A stretch of DNA of 64,000 nt, from NCBI GenBank assembly GCA_038843675.1, contig JAWBRV010000003.1, positions 4,908 to 68,907 of the forward strand, given 5' to 3'. The notes under the pieces are model-generated. The model saw nothing but the letters and a program-made list of their open reading frames with translations. It ran no database searches and had not been told where the DNA came from. How positions within the stretch are numbered: position 1 is the stretch's first letter; each line of letters opens with the position of its first letter. Below, piece by piece: positions 16,488 through 26,247 of this stretch. This DNA comes from Candidatus Bathyarchaeia archaeon (GTDB lineage: Archaea; Thermoproteota; Bathyarchaeia; 40CM-2-53-6; CALIRQ01). The position numbers were made by a program, and so were the translations under genes.

Positions 16488-18719
16488 TTGGGGATTGAGG
16501 AGCTGGATATACCAAAAGAGCTGATGCGGATCCTCATCGAGAACGGCTATAGGGAACTATACCCTCCCCAAGCCGATGCCCTCAGATCCGGGATATTGAA
16601 CGGGGGGAACTTGGTCCTAGCGAGCCCGACCGCGAGCGGCAAGACGCTCGTGGCCGAGATAGTGGTCATGAAAGAGGTCTTGGAGAGGGGTGGGAAGGCG
16701 CTTTATCTAACGCCGTTGAGGGCCTTGGCTAGGGAGAAGTACAGGGATTTCTCCAAGTATAAGGGCCTCGAGAAGGCGTCGGGGGGCAAGGTCAAGGTCG
16801 CGATAACGAGCGGGGATTACGATACATCCGACCCCCATCTCTCCAAGTACGACGTCATCATCTCCACCAACGAGAAGGCGGATAGCCTGCTTCGGCATAG
16901 GGCCAGATGGCTGGAGGATATATCGGTTGTCGTCGCGGATGAGGTCCATTTGCTAACGGATCCGCATAGAGGGCCGACGTTGGAGGCGACCCTGACGAGA
17001 TTGAGGGCCGTGGCCCCTAGGATCCGGGTGCTGGCCCTGAGCGCCACCGTGAGCAACGTCGACGAGATAGCCGATTGGCTCGACGCTAAGCGCGTCGCGA
17101 CCGAATGGAGGCCCGTCCCCCTCAGGGAAGGGGTTTATTGCGATGGAGAGATCTGCTTCAACGATGGCTCCTCGAGGAGGATCCCTCAGGAATCAGGGAG
17201 CCCTGTCATAGACGTGGCCTTGGAAACGCTCAGGTCCGGGGGCCAAGTCCTGATCTTCTCCGATACGAGGAAGGCGGCGATGGGGATGGGGAGAAAGGCA
17301 TCCGCATATGTGAAGCGCCTCCTCGGGAGGAAGGAGGCGGAGCGATTGAGGGCGATCTCGAGGTCGATTTTGGAGGGCGAGGCGCGAACGAGGCTTAGCG
17401 AAGCCCTCTCCGATCTAGTGGCGGACGGGGTGGCCTTCCATCACGCCGGCCTATCGCCGGGGGATAGGGAGATCGTTGAGAACGCCTTCAGGGATGGTTG
17501 GATAAAGGCCTTGGTCGCCACGCCCACCTTGGCGGCTGGCGTCAACCTGCCCGCGAGATCCGTGATAATAAGCAGCCACGAAAGGTACGAGCCCGGCTTC
17601 GGAAGGGCCCCGATCTCCGTCTTGGAATATAAGCAGCTCTGCGGCAGGGCCGGTAGGCCGAGGTTCGACGATTACGGGGAGGCCGTATTGATCGCGAGGA
17701 GCGAGGACGAGAGGGATATGCTTATGGAGAATTACGTCATGGCCAAGCCGGAGAGGCTTTGGTCGAAGATGGCCGTGGAGGGCGTCCTGAGGCCGCACGT
17801 CTTGGCGACCATAGCGACCGGATACGCGAGCTCCGAGGAGGGCTTGAGCGATTTCTTCGGGAGAACCCTTTGCGCCTTCCAATACGGAATGGAGAACGTT
17901 AAACCGAAGCTCGGGAAGGTCCTCTCCTTCCTATATGAGGAGGGGATGATCGAGCTCAAGCGGCGGAGGATCCTCGCCACGGAGTTCGGCAGGAGGGTAT
18001 CCGAGCTCTACATAGATCCCCTCTCGGCGGTCATAATCAGGGACGGCCTCCTCAACGGCGCGGAGAGGATCACGGAGTTCAGCTTCCTCCACCTAATCTC
18101 CAAGACCCCGGATATGGCCCCGAGGCCATATCCGAGGCGCAGAGAATATGGGTGGCTCGAGGCCTTGGCGCAGGAGCACGAGGGCGAGTTCCTATTGGAG
18201 CCCCTCAGCCCCGACTCCTACTATGGTTATGAGGAGTTCTTGGCGGAGGTGAAATGTGCATCGGTCCTAATGGATTGGATAGGGGAGGTTGGCGAGGAGA
18301 AGATCTTGGAAAAGCACGGGGTGGAGCCTGGGGACCTGCTCAGGCTAGTCGAGAACGCGGAATGGCTCTTGCATGCGACGAGGGAGATCTCGAAGCTATT
18401 GGGCAAAGGGGAATATCTGCGCACGCTTGAGGAGCTCATCCCCCGGATCAGGCACGGGGTCAAGCGGGAGCTCCTCTTCTTGGTTAGGATCGAAGGGGTC
18501 GGGAGGGTTAGGGCGAGGGCGCTCTACAACGCCGGCTATAGGGATGAGGAGAGCCTCAGGAGGGCAACAGTTGGTGAATTGCTCAGCGTCCCAACGATCG
18601 GCCCCGCGATCGCGAGGAGAATAAAGGAATATGTGGGCGGGAAGGTCTCCCCGGAGGATTGGGCATTGCTGAAGGGGAAGCGCAGTGGATTTGAGCAGAG
18701 ATCCCTTTTGCCCCCATGA
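16488..18719 (+). CDS. hel308: Ski2-like DNA helicase Hel308/Hjm
   Basis: Helicase motifs (SPTASGKT, DEVH and others), a winged helix plus ratchet domain, and a C-terminal HhH region (LLSVPTIGPAIARRI). Confidence 0.85.
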   Translation: MGIEELDIPKELMRILIENGYRELYPPQADALRSGILNGGNLVLASPTASGKTLVAEIVVMKEVLERGGKALYLTPLRALAREKYRDFSKYKGLEKASGGKVKVAITSGDYDTSDPHLSKYDVIISTNEKADSLLRHRARWLEDISVVVADEVHLLTDPHRGPTLEATLTRLRAVAPRIRVLALSATVSNVDEIADWLDAKRVATEWRPVPLREGVYCDGEICFNDGSSRRIPQESGSPVIDVALETLRSGGQVLIFSDTRKAAMGMGRKASAYVKRLLGRKEAERLRAISRSILEGEARTRLSEALSDLVADGVAFHHAGLSPGDREIVENAFRDGWIKALVATPTLAAGVNLPARSVIISSHERYEPGFGRAPISVLEYKQLCGRAGRPRFDDYGEAVLIARSEDERDMLMENYVMAKPERLWSKMAVEGVLRPHVLATIATGYASSEEGLSDFFGRTLCAFQYGMENVKPKLGKVLSFLYEEGMIELKRRRILATEFGRRVSELYIDPLSAVIIRDGLLNGAERITEFSFLHLISKTPDMAPRPYPRRREYGWLEALAQEHEGEFLLEPLSPDSYYGYEEFLAEVKCASVLMDWIGEVGEEKILEKHGVEPGDLLRLVENAEWLLHATREISKLLGKGEYLRTLEELIPRIRHGVKRELLFLVRIEGVGRVRARALYNAGYRDEESLRRATVGELLSVPTIGPAIARRIKEYVGGKVSPEDWALLKGKRSGFEQRSLLPP

Positions 18720-18725
18720 TCGCGC

Positions 18726-20222
18726 TTGGGTTCATCGGTGATGGGCTCGATCGTCGCCATATCCAGCGCCGGATCCGGGGACCTTTCCGCCACCTTGGCG
18801 AGGATGCTGAAGGCCCTAGAGCATCGGGGGACCGAATGCGGGATCGCCGATCCGAGCGGGATCCTCCTCCCAGCGGATCCCGAGGCCCTCATGGGGATTG
18901 GGCCGAGGGCCATAGGGCATAATTTCAAGCGGATCCTCCCAGGGGATTCGCCGCAGCTCGTCCTAGCCGGGGGGGATCCGATCGCATTCGATGGTAGGGT
19001 TTTCTCGCCCGAATGTCGAGGGGGCATTGTGGAACTATTGGGGGACGGGGGGCTGGAGCGCTTTGAGCGCCTCTTGGCCCAAGCCGAGGGGGCCTATGCG
19101 TTCGCCGCGCTCCGCGGGGATTCCCTAATCTTGGGGAGGGATCCGCTGGGATTGAAGCCCCTATACTTCGGAGGGAGGGATGGGGTCTTCGCGGCCGCCT
19201 CCGAGGCCAAGGCGCTTTGGGCCATAGGGATAGCCAATGCCGAATCCTTCCCGCCAGGGTCGATTTGCGTGGTCGAGGGCGATAGGCCCATATTCCGCAT
19301 GGTCCGCGGGATTGGGCGCCGGAGGATCGAGCGGTTTGGGATCGGGGACGCGAAGGCGCGTTTGATGGAGCTGATGGAGCGATCCCTGAGGATCAGGTTG
19401 CGCGATGTGGATCGCGTCGCGGTAGCGTTCTCCGGGGGACTCGATAGCTCCATGGTGGCTCGGATGGCGAGCGCTATTGGAAAGGACGTTCTATTGATCT
19501 CGGCCTCGTTGAGGGGCGGCGGGGAGCTCGAGTTCGCGAAACGGGCCGCGGGTGAGATCGGCGCCGAGCTAATCCGGGTCGAGAAGGGGCCGGAGGACGT
19601 TAGGGAGGATTTGAGAAGGGTCCTTTGGCTGGTCGAGGACCCGGATCCGATGAAGGTGGCCGTCGGGATCCCGCTCCATTGGGTTCTTGAGGAGGCGTCG
19701 GCGCTGGGCTTCGCCGTCGCGCTGACGGGCCAAGGGGCGGATGAATGCTTCGGGGGTTATATGAAGGCCCTTAGGGCCTATCGCTCCGGCGGCCCCCGGC
19801 TGGCTAGGGACCTCCTATTCGAGGGAATCAGGAACTCGCATTTGGTGAACTTCGAGCGCGATGAGAAGATAAGCTCCGCGTCCTCGGTGGAGCTCAGGAC
19901 CCCCTTCGCCGATACCGGGATCGTGGGCTTCGCCCTTTCCCTACCCATGCGCCTACTCCTCGATGCCAATAGGGGGGAGAGGAAGGTGCTGCTCAGGGCG
20001 CTGGCCAAGGAAATAGGCCTCCCGGATCTGATCGCCAGCCGCCCCAAGCGCGCGATTCAATACTCTACGGGGGTTAACAGGGCCTTAGTGGCGATCGCGA
20101 GGGATATGGGGCGCGCCTTGCCGGAGCTCATAAGGGAGGAATTTGAAGCGATCTTTGGACAATCCGCTAGGATAATCCCGCCGCATTGGGGAGGGGATCG
20201 CGCACCCTCGGAATGGCATTGA
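18726..20222 (+). CDS. Asparagine synthetase (AsnB)-like protein with a PP-loop but no N-terminal Cys nucleophile
   Basis: PP-loop SGGLDSS and AsnB C-domain conservation. The N-terminus reads MGSIVAIS instead of MCGI. Confidence 0.7.
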   Translation: MGSSVMGSIVAISSAGSGDLSATLARMLKALEHRGTECGIADPSGILLPADPEALMGIGPRAIGHNFKRILPGDSPQLVLAGGDPIAFDGRVFSPECRGGIVELLGDGGLERFERLLAQAEGAYAFAALRGDSLILGRDPLGLKPLYFGGRDGVFAAASEAKALWAIGIANAESFPPGSICVVEGDRPIFRMVRGIGRRRIERFGIGDAKARLMELMERSLRIRLRDVDRVAVAFSGGLDSSMVARMASAIGKDVLLISASLRGGGELEFAKRAAGEIGAELIRVEKGPEDVREDLRRVLWLVEDPDPMKVAVGIPLHWVLEEASALGFAVALTGQGADECFGGYMKALRAYRSGGPRLARDLLFEGIRNSHLVNFERDEKISSASSVELRTPFADTGIVGFALSLPMRLLLDANRGERKVLLRALAKEIGLPDLIASRPKRAIQYSTGVNRALVAIARDMGRALPELIREEFEAIFGQSARIIPPHWGGDRAPSEWH

Positions 20223-20265
20223 GGCCCCCTTCGGTCCTCTGGGTCGGAACTTCGCGGTCCGCCGA

Positions 20266-22119
20266 TTAGGAGCTGGGCAACGGCTTCATCTCCCGCTCTA
20301 TGAGATTCACCTGCCTCGGGTCCAACGCCCCCTCCAAGAGCGGGGCTATTAGGATGGAATCCCTTCTCTCCACCCTGCTCCTGTTCAAGTACAGGAAGCG
20401 CATGAAGCTCTCGAATCCGTGTTGCATGATCAAATACTCGATTCCATCCAGCAATATGACCTTCCTCCCCCCCTCTAAGAAATTATCGATCATTATCGAT
20501 AGCTCTTGGAGGGATTTAACGGTCCTCTCCCCCTCGACCATCTCATCGCTAAGCCATACGATGGGCGTCCTCTCCAAACCGTACCTCTTCCTGACCTTCG
20601 GCGGATATTCGCGCGTTATGCAAAGCCCCTCGATCCCGCTGAGGGCGGCCTCGAGGAAGATCTCGAAGGCCCTTCCAACGCCGTCCTTGATCAAATACGT
20701 CGCGCCAAACTCTAGCCCGAAGGGCCTCTCGTACGCCCCCGCCTCCTTCCTCGGGGCAATCCTCAGCGAATGCACCTCGAACAAGGTCGAGGCGAGCTCG
20801 GCGAAGGAATGGAGGATGAAAAGATCACCCTCATCCAAGGGCTCGTCCCCCTTGCCTCCTATGATGAGGAGGCCGTGGATTTCCTCGCCCAGCATTATCG
20901 GGGCATAATGGACGACATCCGTCCCCATGATGCTCGCGCCATCCTTGCCGACGACCTTAGATCCCATCCGCCCGCTCCTAATGGCCTCCAGCTCGATGAA
21001 GCCCTCGTTGAGCGGATAGCTCTCCTTGACGGCGAGCCCTTCGGCCCCGCTCTTGAAGGCCCTTAGCCTCAAAACGCCCCATTCGCGATCAACCAAGAAA
21101 ACGGCCCCGGAATCCCCCCCGAGGATATTGAGGGCCGCATCCAAGATCGAATCGAGGCCCGTGGATATGTCCGGGGCCCTCCTCACCTCATCCTTGAGCC
21201 TCAATATCTCCTCAACTTGGCCCCTTATGCGCAACAGCCTCTCCGCCAAGCTCGCGCTCAGCGCTCGGAGCTCCTTGGTCCGCTCTTCCACGAGGGCCTC
21301 CAAACGCTCCACATGCCTCCTCAGCTCCTCCTCGAGCCGCTTCTTCTCGGTGATATCCGATGCGACTCCCGTGAGACCGATAGCCCTACCATCCTCCATC
21401 AACGGCCGCCCGAAGCCCCGCAGCCAGTGGATCCCCCCTCCCTTATCGTAGGCCCGGAACTCGATGGGCCTCGCCTCCCCGCCCTCCATAACCTCCTTGA
21501 ATGAGGCCTCGACCCTTGGAAGATCCTCTTGGAGGATCCACCTCGAGAAATGTTGGCCGATGAGCTCCTCCGCCTTATATCCTAACATCCTCTCCACGGC
21601 CGGGCTGATATAGGAAATGTTTCCCCTCGCATCGAGGCTGAAGATGACATCGTTCAGGTTCTCGACCAGCACTCTGTATTTCTCCTCCGCCCTCCTCGCC
21701 TCCCTTTCGGCCCTTTTCAAATCCGTTATGTCCAGAAGCGAGGCGATGCTTTTCTTGGTTCCGGGGATCATCGAGATTGTTATGCGGACATCCCTGACGT
21801 TGCCATTTTTATCAATCCCGCGGAACTCATAGCTCCTCGGGACCGACTCGGGATCGATCCTCCTCCTTTGATGATACTCCAGCATCCTCTCCAAGTCCTC
21901 TTTGGCGACGAACTCCGTCCAGCTCTTCCCCTCCACCTCCTCCTTCGCGTATCCCCACAGCCTTGTGAACTCGGAGTTGACCATGGAGATGGTCGTATCC
22001 TCTTCTATGATTATCATGGCGGTACCGGTCATTTCGAATATTGTCCGATAGAAATCGGATTCCCGTATTGTCCCTTTTCGGCCCCTTCGCTTGATCGCTC
22101 TTCCTCGAGCGCTCCTCAA
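20266..22119 (-). CDS. Sensor protein: PAS-PAS-GAF plus a C-terminal DUF835-type domain
   Basis: Two PAS-like modules (MVNSEFTRLWGY...; VIFSLDARGNISYISPAVERMLGY...), a coiled-coil, a GAF-like segment and a C-terminal block (GATYLIKDG...GLCITREYP...IVWLSDEM...LDGIEYL) resembling archaeal DUF835. Confidence 0.65.
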   Translation of the reverse strand: MRSARGRAIKRRGRKGTIRESDFYRTIFEMTGTAMIIIEEDTTISMVNSEFTRLWGYAKEEVEGKSWTEFVAKEDLERMLEYHQRRRIDPESVPRSYEFRGIDKNGNVRDVRITISMIPGTKKSIASLLDITDLKRAEREARRAEEKYRVLVENLNDVIFSLDARGNISYISPAVERMLGYKAEELIGQHFSRWILQEDLPRVEASFKEVMEGGEARPIEFRAYDKGGGIHWLRGFGRPLMEDGRAIGLTGVASDITEKKRLEEELRRHVERLEALVEERTKELRALSASLAERLLRIRGQVEEILRLKDEVRRAPDISTGLDSILDAALNILGGDSGAVFLVDREWGVLRLRAFKSGAEGLAVKESYPLNEGFIELEAIRSGRMGSKVVGKDGASIMGTDVVHYAPIMLGEEIHGLLIIGGKGDEPLDEGDLFILHSFAELASTLFEVHSLRIAPRKEAGAYERPFGLEFGATYLIKDGVGRAFEIFLEAALSGIEGLCITREYPPKVRKRYGLERTPIVWLSDEMVEGERTVKSLQELSIMIDNFLEGGRKVILLDGIEYLIMQHGFESFMRFLYLNRSRVERRDSILIAPLLEGALDPRQVNLIEREMKPLPSS

Positions 22120-22256
22120 TCCTATGCGAATTTCTCAAGCCCCCATTTAGGCATTTTCTCGAGAGCGGCGATCCCGCCGATTCATGGAAGCGGGGACCAT
22201 CGGGATGGCGGGATGGTATACGCTCCAGTCCTTGGATAGAACAACTAGGCGGTCAT

Positions 22257-22391
22257 TGGTGGGGCAGACGGGATTCCCATGGCCGCTCGGGCCATTTTGA
22301 ACCCGCGACCTTCGGCCGCTCGAGGCGGTCTCCAGCGCCCCAGGCTCCCCGATGGCCTCTGGGATCCTGGACCAAACTAGACGACTGCCCC
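22257..22391 (-). tRNA. tRNA-like gene with encoded CCA and probable introns (one apparently within the T-loop); anticodon unresolved
   Basis: Minus strand: 5' GGGGCAG pairs with 3' CTGCCCC, then discriminator A + CCA. D-arm start TC-GTCTAG... is nearly identical to the tRNA at 6026. GCGGG-TTCAAA[22-nt hairpin ATGGCCCGAGCGGCCATGGGAA]T-CCCGT becomes a canonical T-arm if the hairpin is excised. TATA-like AAATATAG at -26..-31 (+ 22416-22423). Lies in an otherwise empty 296-bp gap. Confidence 0.45.
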
Positions 22392-22415
22392 GCCTTTAGA
22401 GGCCATCCGGGAACC

Positions 22416-23192
22416 CTATATTTCTTTTCCTCCGCCTAGGCCAAGGACCTCCATGACCTTTCGGAAGCGCTCGATGGATGGCGCCGCCTTGTATTCCCGA
22501 AGGGCCTCGATCAAGGCCCCCCGATCCGGTCGCCCCAAGATGGGCGCAAGCCCGCCCGAGCGCCGGGATAGGAACAGGTAATGGGCAAGGGATGTGAGGT
22601 TCGATGGCCGCCGGATCATGCTGGCCGATTCAAAATCCAATATGAACGCCCTCCCATCCCGGGCTATTATCACATGCCCATCCGCCCTGCTCAGCTCGCC
22701 GTGATCCAGCCCGAGGGAGTCCAGCTTGAAAGCATCGAAGAGGAGGGCCTCCAAGGCGCCCCTCAGCGCATCCGGGCCGAGGCCCAGCTCTAAGGGCCGA
22801 TCCAATACGCTGGATATATCATGGCCTTCCACGAACTCCATGAGGATGAAGTCCTCCGATGCCCCCATCAACCTCGGCCCTATCCCGGCCCGATTGACCA
22901 GCGCCAGCAACTCGGCCTCTCTCGCCATGCTCGGCCTATTTGAATCGAGCCTCCTTGTCTTCAGGGCCGCCATCCCCTCGGACACCTCTGCCTTGATGAC
23001 CAAGCTGGTGCATCCCTTCCCCAAGATCCGGAACCGCCCTATCTCCTTCGGCCCACCTAGGATCAACGCCCTCACTCCCAAGCGGCGCATCTCCGAAACC
23101 CTCTTTGAGAACTCAAAGGGATTGGGCTTGGGATAGCATAGCAAGGGGCCATGGAGCTCGAAGGAGAGGCCCCTGGGTATCTCGATCCTCAC
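22416..23192 (-). CDS. Atypical Ser/Thr kinase, Bud32/RIO-like
   Basis: Gly-rich loop ILGKGCTSLV, catalytic HGELS...D, and DFE in place of DFG. 258 aa. Confidence 0.5.
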   Translation of the reverse strand: MRIEIPRGLSFELHGPLLCYPKPNPFEFSKRVSEMRRLGVRALILGGPKEIGRFRILGKGCTSLVIKAEVSEGMAALKTRRLDSNRPSMAREAELLALVNRAGIGPRLMGASEDFILMEFVEGHDISSVLDRPLELGLGPDALRGALEALLFDAFKLDSLGLDHGELSRADGHVIIARDGRAFILDFESASMIRRPSNLTSLAHYLFLSRRSGGLAPILGRPDRGALIEALREYKAAPSIERFRKVMEVLGLGGGKEI

Positions 23193-23193
23193 C

Positions 23194-24624
23194 TCATCGC
23201 CCGAGGTCCAGCCCTCCTCGCGCCCTAGGCCAACCGCTTAGGAAATCGGCTATGAATTTGCCGAACTTCGGGCTCCCCTCCAAGAGATAGGATACTCGGT
23301 CGTTTACCGCTATCGAATGCCCCCTCCGGATCGCCTCGGCAATCCTTTCTGGGATCCCCAATGCTTCTCCACCCTCCTTCAGGAACTCCTCGAGAGCATC
23401 CTCAACCCTCCTCAACCTTCTCAGCTTCTCCACGGCCCATCTATCCCCCCTCACCCAGGGCTCGCCGACCGTATCCTCGGCGCCCCTATGCTTCCTCAGA
23501 AACCTCTCGGAATCGGCCCTCCTGAAGACCGGAGGGCCCATGTGGAGCTTCAAGGGCGGCAATTCCCCCGCCTCGAGCTCGAATGCTATGGCGCTCATGG
23601 ATTCCTCATCGGTCCAAGCGGAGGCCCTATAGACCTTGAACCCCTCCCTCTCAAGCGCTCGCCTAAGGGCCGCCTCGGATTTCCTCAGCTGGCTCCAAAC
23701 GACATCCACTACGGCATCGGCCCTCCCGAAGGCCAAAACCGCGAGACAGGAGCCCCTCCTCGCGAGCTCGGCCTCAAGCTCTCTTGGGCCGAGGGATCCC
23801 TCCCTTGGGAAGAAGAAATCCCTTGAGGGCCCTTCTAGGAACGCCCTAGCTAAGGCGACGAACTTCCAAAGATTCTCCTCCGATAGCGCCGAGGCGAGGT
23901 TCCTGCCCCTATCGACCGGGTCGATGACTATGAGGGGCTCCCCGAAGAGCTCCCTCGCCCCCTCCTCCCTGCCGGAATAATAGCCCTCCACATCTATGAC
24001 CTCGGCCCTCCCCCAAGCCGCGGCGCCCTTCAAAAGGGAGGCGAAGGAGCCGTACTTCAGGATCAAGGTTTCGCAAAGCATCCCGCTGAACCCCTTGACC
24101 TTGGCATCGGCCCCGTAGAGGCCGTTGGCCTTCAAGAACTTCTTCAATAGCCTCACCTCGTCCTTCTCCCTCTCCCCGAGCCTTTCGATTACGTACCGCG
24201 TATGGTATGGGGTCCGATCCGTTGAGGTGAGCCAATTCCCAAGCTCGACCTGATAACATGGGACGATGTCGACTATGACTCCATCCACCTTCGCTTCCAC
24301 ATAGGGATGCTCCGAGTACCTCTCGTATGGCCCATGCTCCCGCAGGACCTCCTTCCCGATCTCCAAGGCTGTTTTGCGAAATGTTTCCCTATCGATGCCC
24401 TTCGGGAACATCAGGAATATATCCAGATCCGCCTCCCCCTTGATCCACGTACCCTTCGCCACCGAGCCCTCGAGGCTCACCTCTATGCCCAGCCCCGATC
24501 TTCGGGCCTCCTCTTCCAAGCGCTTCATCAACCCCTTCGCCAACCCCATTATCCTCTCCTCCTCGGCCACATCCGGGCGGAGGGAGGGGAGGACCTCCTC
24601 CAAGATGGGGGAGACGTCCCTCAT
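23194..24624 (-). CDS. cca: Archaeal class I CCA-adding tRNA nucleotidyltransferase
   Basis: N-terminal Pol-beta NTase motif (GSVAKGTW...GEADLDIF). Length and C-terminal architecture of archaeal CCA enzymes. Confidence 0.9.
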   Translation of the reverse strand: MRDVSPILEEVLPSLRPDVAEEERIMGLAKGLMKRLEEEARRSGLGIEVSLEGSVAKGTWIKGEADLDIFLMFPKGIDRETFRKTALEIGKEVLREHGPYERYSEHPYVEAKVDGVIVDIVPCYQVELGNWLTSTDRTPYHTRYVIERLGEREKDEVRLLKKFLKANGLYGADAKVKGFSGMLCETLILKYGSFASLLKGAAAWGRAEVIDVEGYYSGREEGARELFGEPLIVIDPVDRGRNLASALSEENLWKFVALARAFLEGPSRDFFFPREGSLGPRELEAELARRGSCLAVLAFGRADAVVDVVWSQLRKSEAALRRALEREGFKVYRASAWTDEESMSAIAFELEAGELPPLKLHMGPPVFRRADSERFLRKHRGAEDTVGEPWVRGDRWAVEKLRRLRRVEDALEEFLKEGGEALGIPERIAEAIRRGHSIAVNDRVSYLLEGSPKFGKFIADFLSGWPRARGGLDLGR

Positions 24625-25175
24625 CTGGCGCGTGCCTCGTAGATCGTATAATAAGTGGGCCCTCGGGGGGAGAGCTCGCTCCTCTTTAGCCTTATCGAAT
24701 CGACAAGGATCCTCCCGAACTCCAACTCCTTTGAGCCGGAGAGAAATTCCTTGAACTTCGCCCTACAGCCGGGGGATTTCACCCTCGCTATCGTTAAATG
24801 CGGCGAAAAGCCCCTCTCATCGGGCGGGATCCCAAGCCCCCTCAAGCGCATTTCGATATCCCTCGCGACCCTCTCCAGCTCCCCCCTCCCCCCTTGGATC
24901 CCTATCCATATGACGTTGGCGTAACCATCCTTCGGGAAGGCTCCCAATCCCTTCAGCTCCACCTCGAATGGGCTGAACCCCATCCCGCCGAGAGCTTTGC
25001 AGATCCCATCGGCAATTCGCTCATCGATTTCACCCAAGAACCTAAGGGTTATGTGGAGGTTTTGGGGCTCAACGAGCTTCAAACCTTTACAAATCTCCAT
25101 CAGGTCTTGTTGAACCCTCCCCACCTTCTCCATGAAGCCCCGATCCTCCAAGTCCACGGAGATGAAGCATCTCAA
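24621..25175 (-). CDS. thpR: RNA 2',3'-cyclic phosphodiesterase / 2'-5' RNA ligase (LigT/ThpR, 2H family)
   Basis: Two H-x-T-x motifs (HITLRF and HLTIAR). Confidence 0.85.
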   Translation of the reverse strand: MRCFISVDLEDRGFMEKVGRVQQDLMEICKGLKLVEPQNLHITLRFLGEIDERIADGICKALGGMGFSPFEVELKGLGAFPKDGYANVIWIGIQGGRGELERVARDIEMRLRGLGIPPDERGFSPHLTIARVKSPGCRAKFKEFLSGSKELEFGRILVDSIRLKRSELSPRGPTYYTIYEARAR

Positions 25176-25280
25176 GGTGCGATCCCCGGCCCTTGCAAAT
25201 ATTAATCCGCCCCAATTCTATTTATCTTCTGCGAGGGATTGCGAGCGATCGATCGAGTGGCCAAGGCTTGAGCGCGAAGT

Positions 25281-25831
25281 TTGTGATAGCCACGACGGGG
25301 ATGCCCGGCTCTGGGAAGGGCGAGCTCTCAAGGCTCTTCAAGGGGGCCGGATACCCGGTGTATGCATGCGGGGACGTCGTCCGCCGGGAGGCGGAGAGGC
25401 GGGGCCTCCCAAGTGATTCGCGATCCTTGGGCGGCCTGATGTTCAAGCTGAGGGAGGAGGATGGTCGGGCCGCCGTAGTTAAGAGGCTCTCGGCGGATGT
25501 GGAATCGGATCCCTCGAGAGCGGTCGTGGTGGAGGGGATAAGGAACTTGGAGGAGGTGGAGGAGCTCAGGAAGCGCTTCGAGGTGATCCTCGTCGCGGTC
25601 CATTCCCCGCCTAAGCTCAGATATGAAAGGCTGTTGAGGAGAGGGAGGGAGGATGATCCCAAGACCCCAGAGGAGTTCAGGGAGAGGGACGAGAGGGAGC
25701 TGAGGGTCGGCGTGGGCGATGTGATCGCGCTCGCGGATCTTGTGATCCGGAACGAGGGGAGCTTGGCGGATTTGGAGGATGAGTTCAGGAGGCTCATGGG
25801 GAGGATCGAGAGATGGATCGGATCAGGTTAG
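25281..25831 (+). CDS. UPF0200-type P-loop nucleotide kinase (probable GTG start just before the P-loop)
   Basis: P-loop GMPGSGKG at the N-terminus and a small kinase fold. The ORF-track start at 25193 adds an unlikely N-terminal extension. Confidence 0.55.
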
Positions 25832-26247
25832 AGGTCGTCGCGAGGGTCAACCCGACGGAGGATCGGGAAAAGGTGGGGAAGGCGATCTTGAATATATTCC
25901 CGAACGCGCGATTGGCCGAAGAGGACCTCGGGAATGGATTAACAATCCTCAAGGGATCCTCGGAGGGCTTCGAAGCGCTCGAGCGCTTGAAATCCCTCAT
26001 AGGGGCCGAGAGGATAAGGAGCGCCGCCAAGGCCATTTTGTCCTCCTCCAAAATCGGGAACGCCTTGGAGTTCCATTTGCATAAGCAGGCCGCCTTCGCC
26101 GGGAGAGTCTCCTTCTCCCAGCCCTTCGGGGAATCGCCCTTGGGCCCGATATCGGTTAGGGTAGAATGCGAGGATCCGGATGGGCTGATTGAATGGCTCA
26201 CTGAGCCGGCCGCCCGGGGCTCGGAGGAGCGCTCGGGGCTGGGCTAA
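25813..26247 (+). CDS. UPF0201-like small protein (putative RNA-binding), paired with the UPF0200 kinase
   Basis: 144 aa. Conserved archaeal pairing with the upstream P-loop kinase, overlapping it by 19 bp. Confidence 0.4.
   Translation: MDRIRLEVVARVNPTEDREKVGKAILNIFPNARLAEEDLGNGLTILKGSSEGFEALERLKSLIGAERIRSAAKAILSSSKIGNALEFHLHKQAAFAGRVSFSQPFGESPLGPISVRVECEDPDGLIEWLTEPAARGSEERSGLG

Noticed and set aside
14414-18719. Inteins in mcm, rfcS or hel308
   Set aside because: All three have normal lengths and contiguous motifs, with no Cys/Ser...HN-Cys/Ser/Thr insertion blocks.
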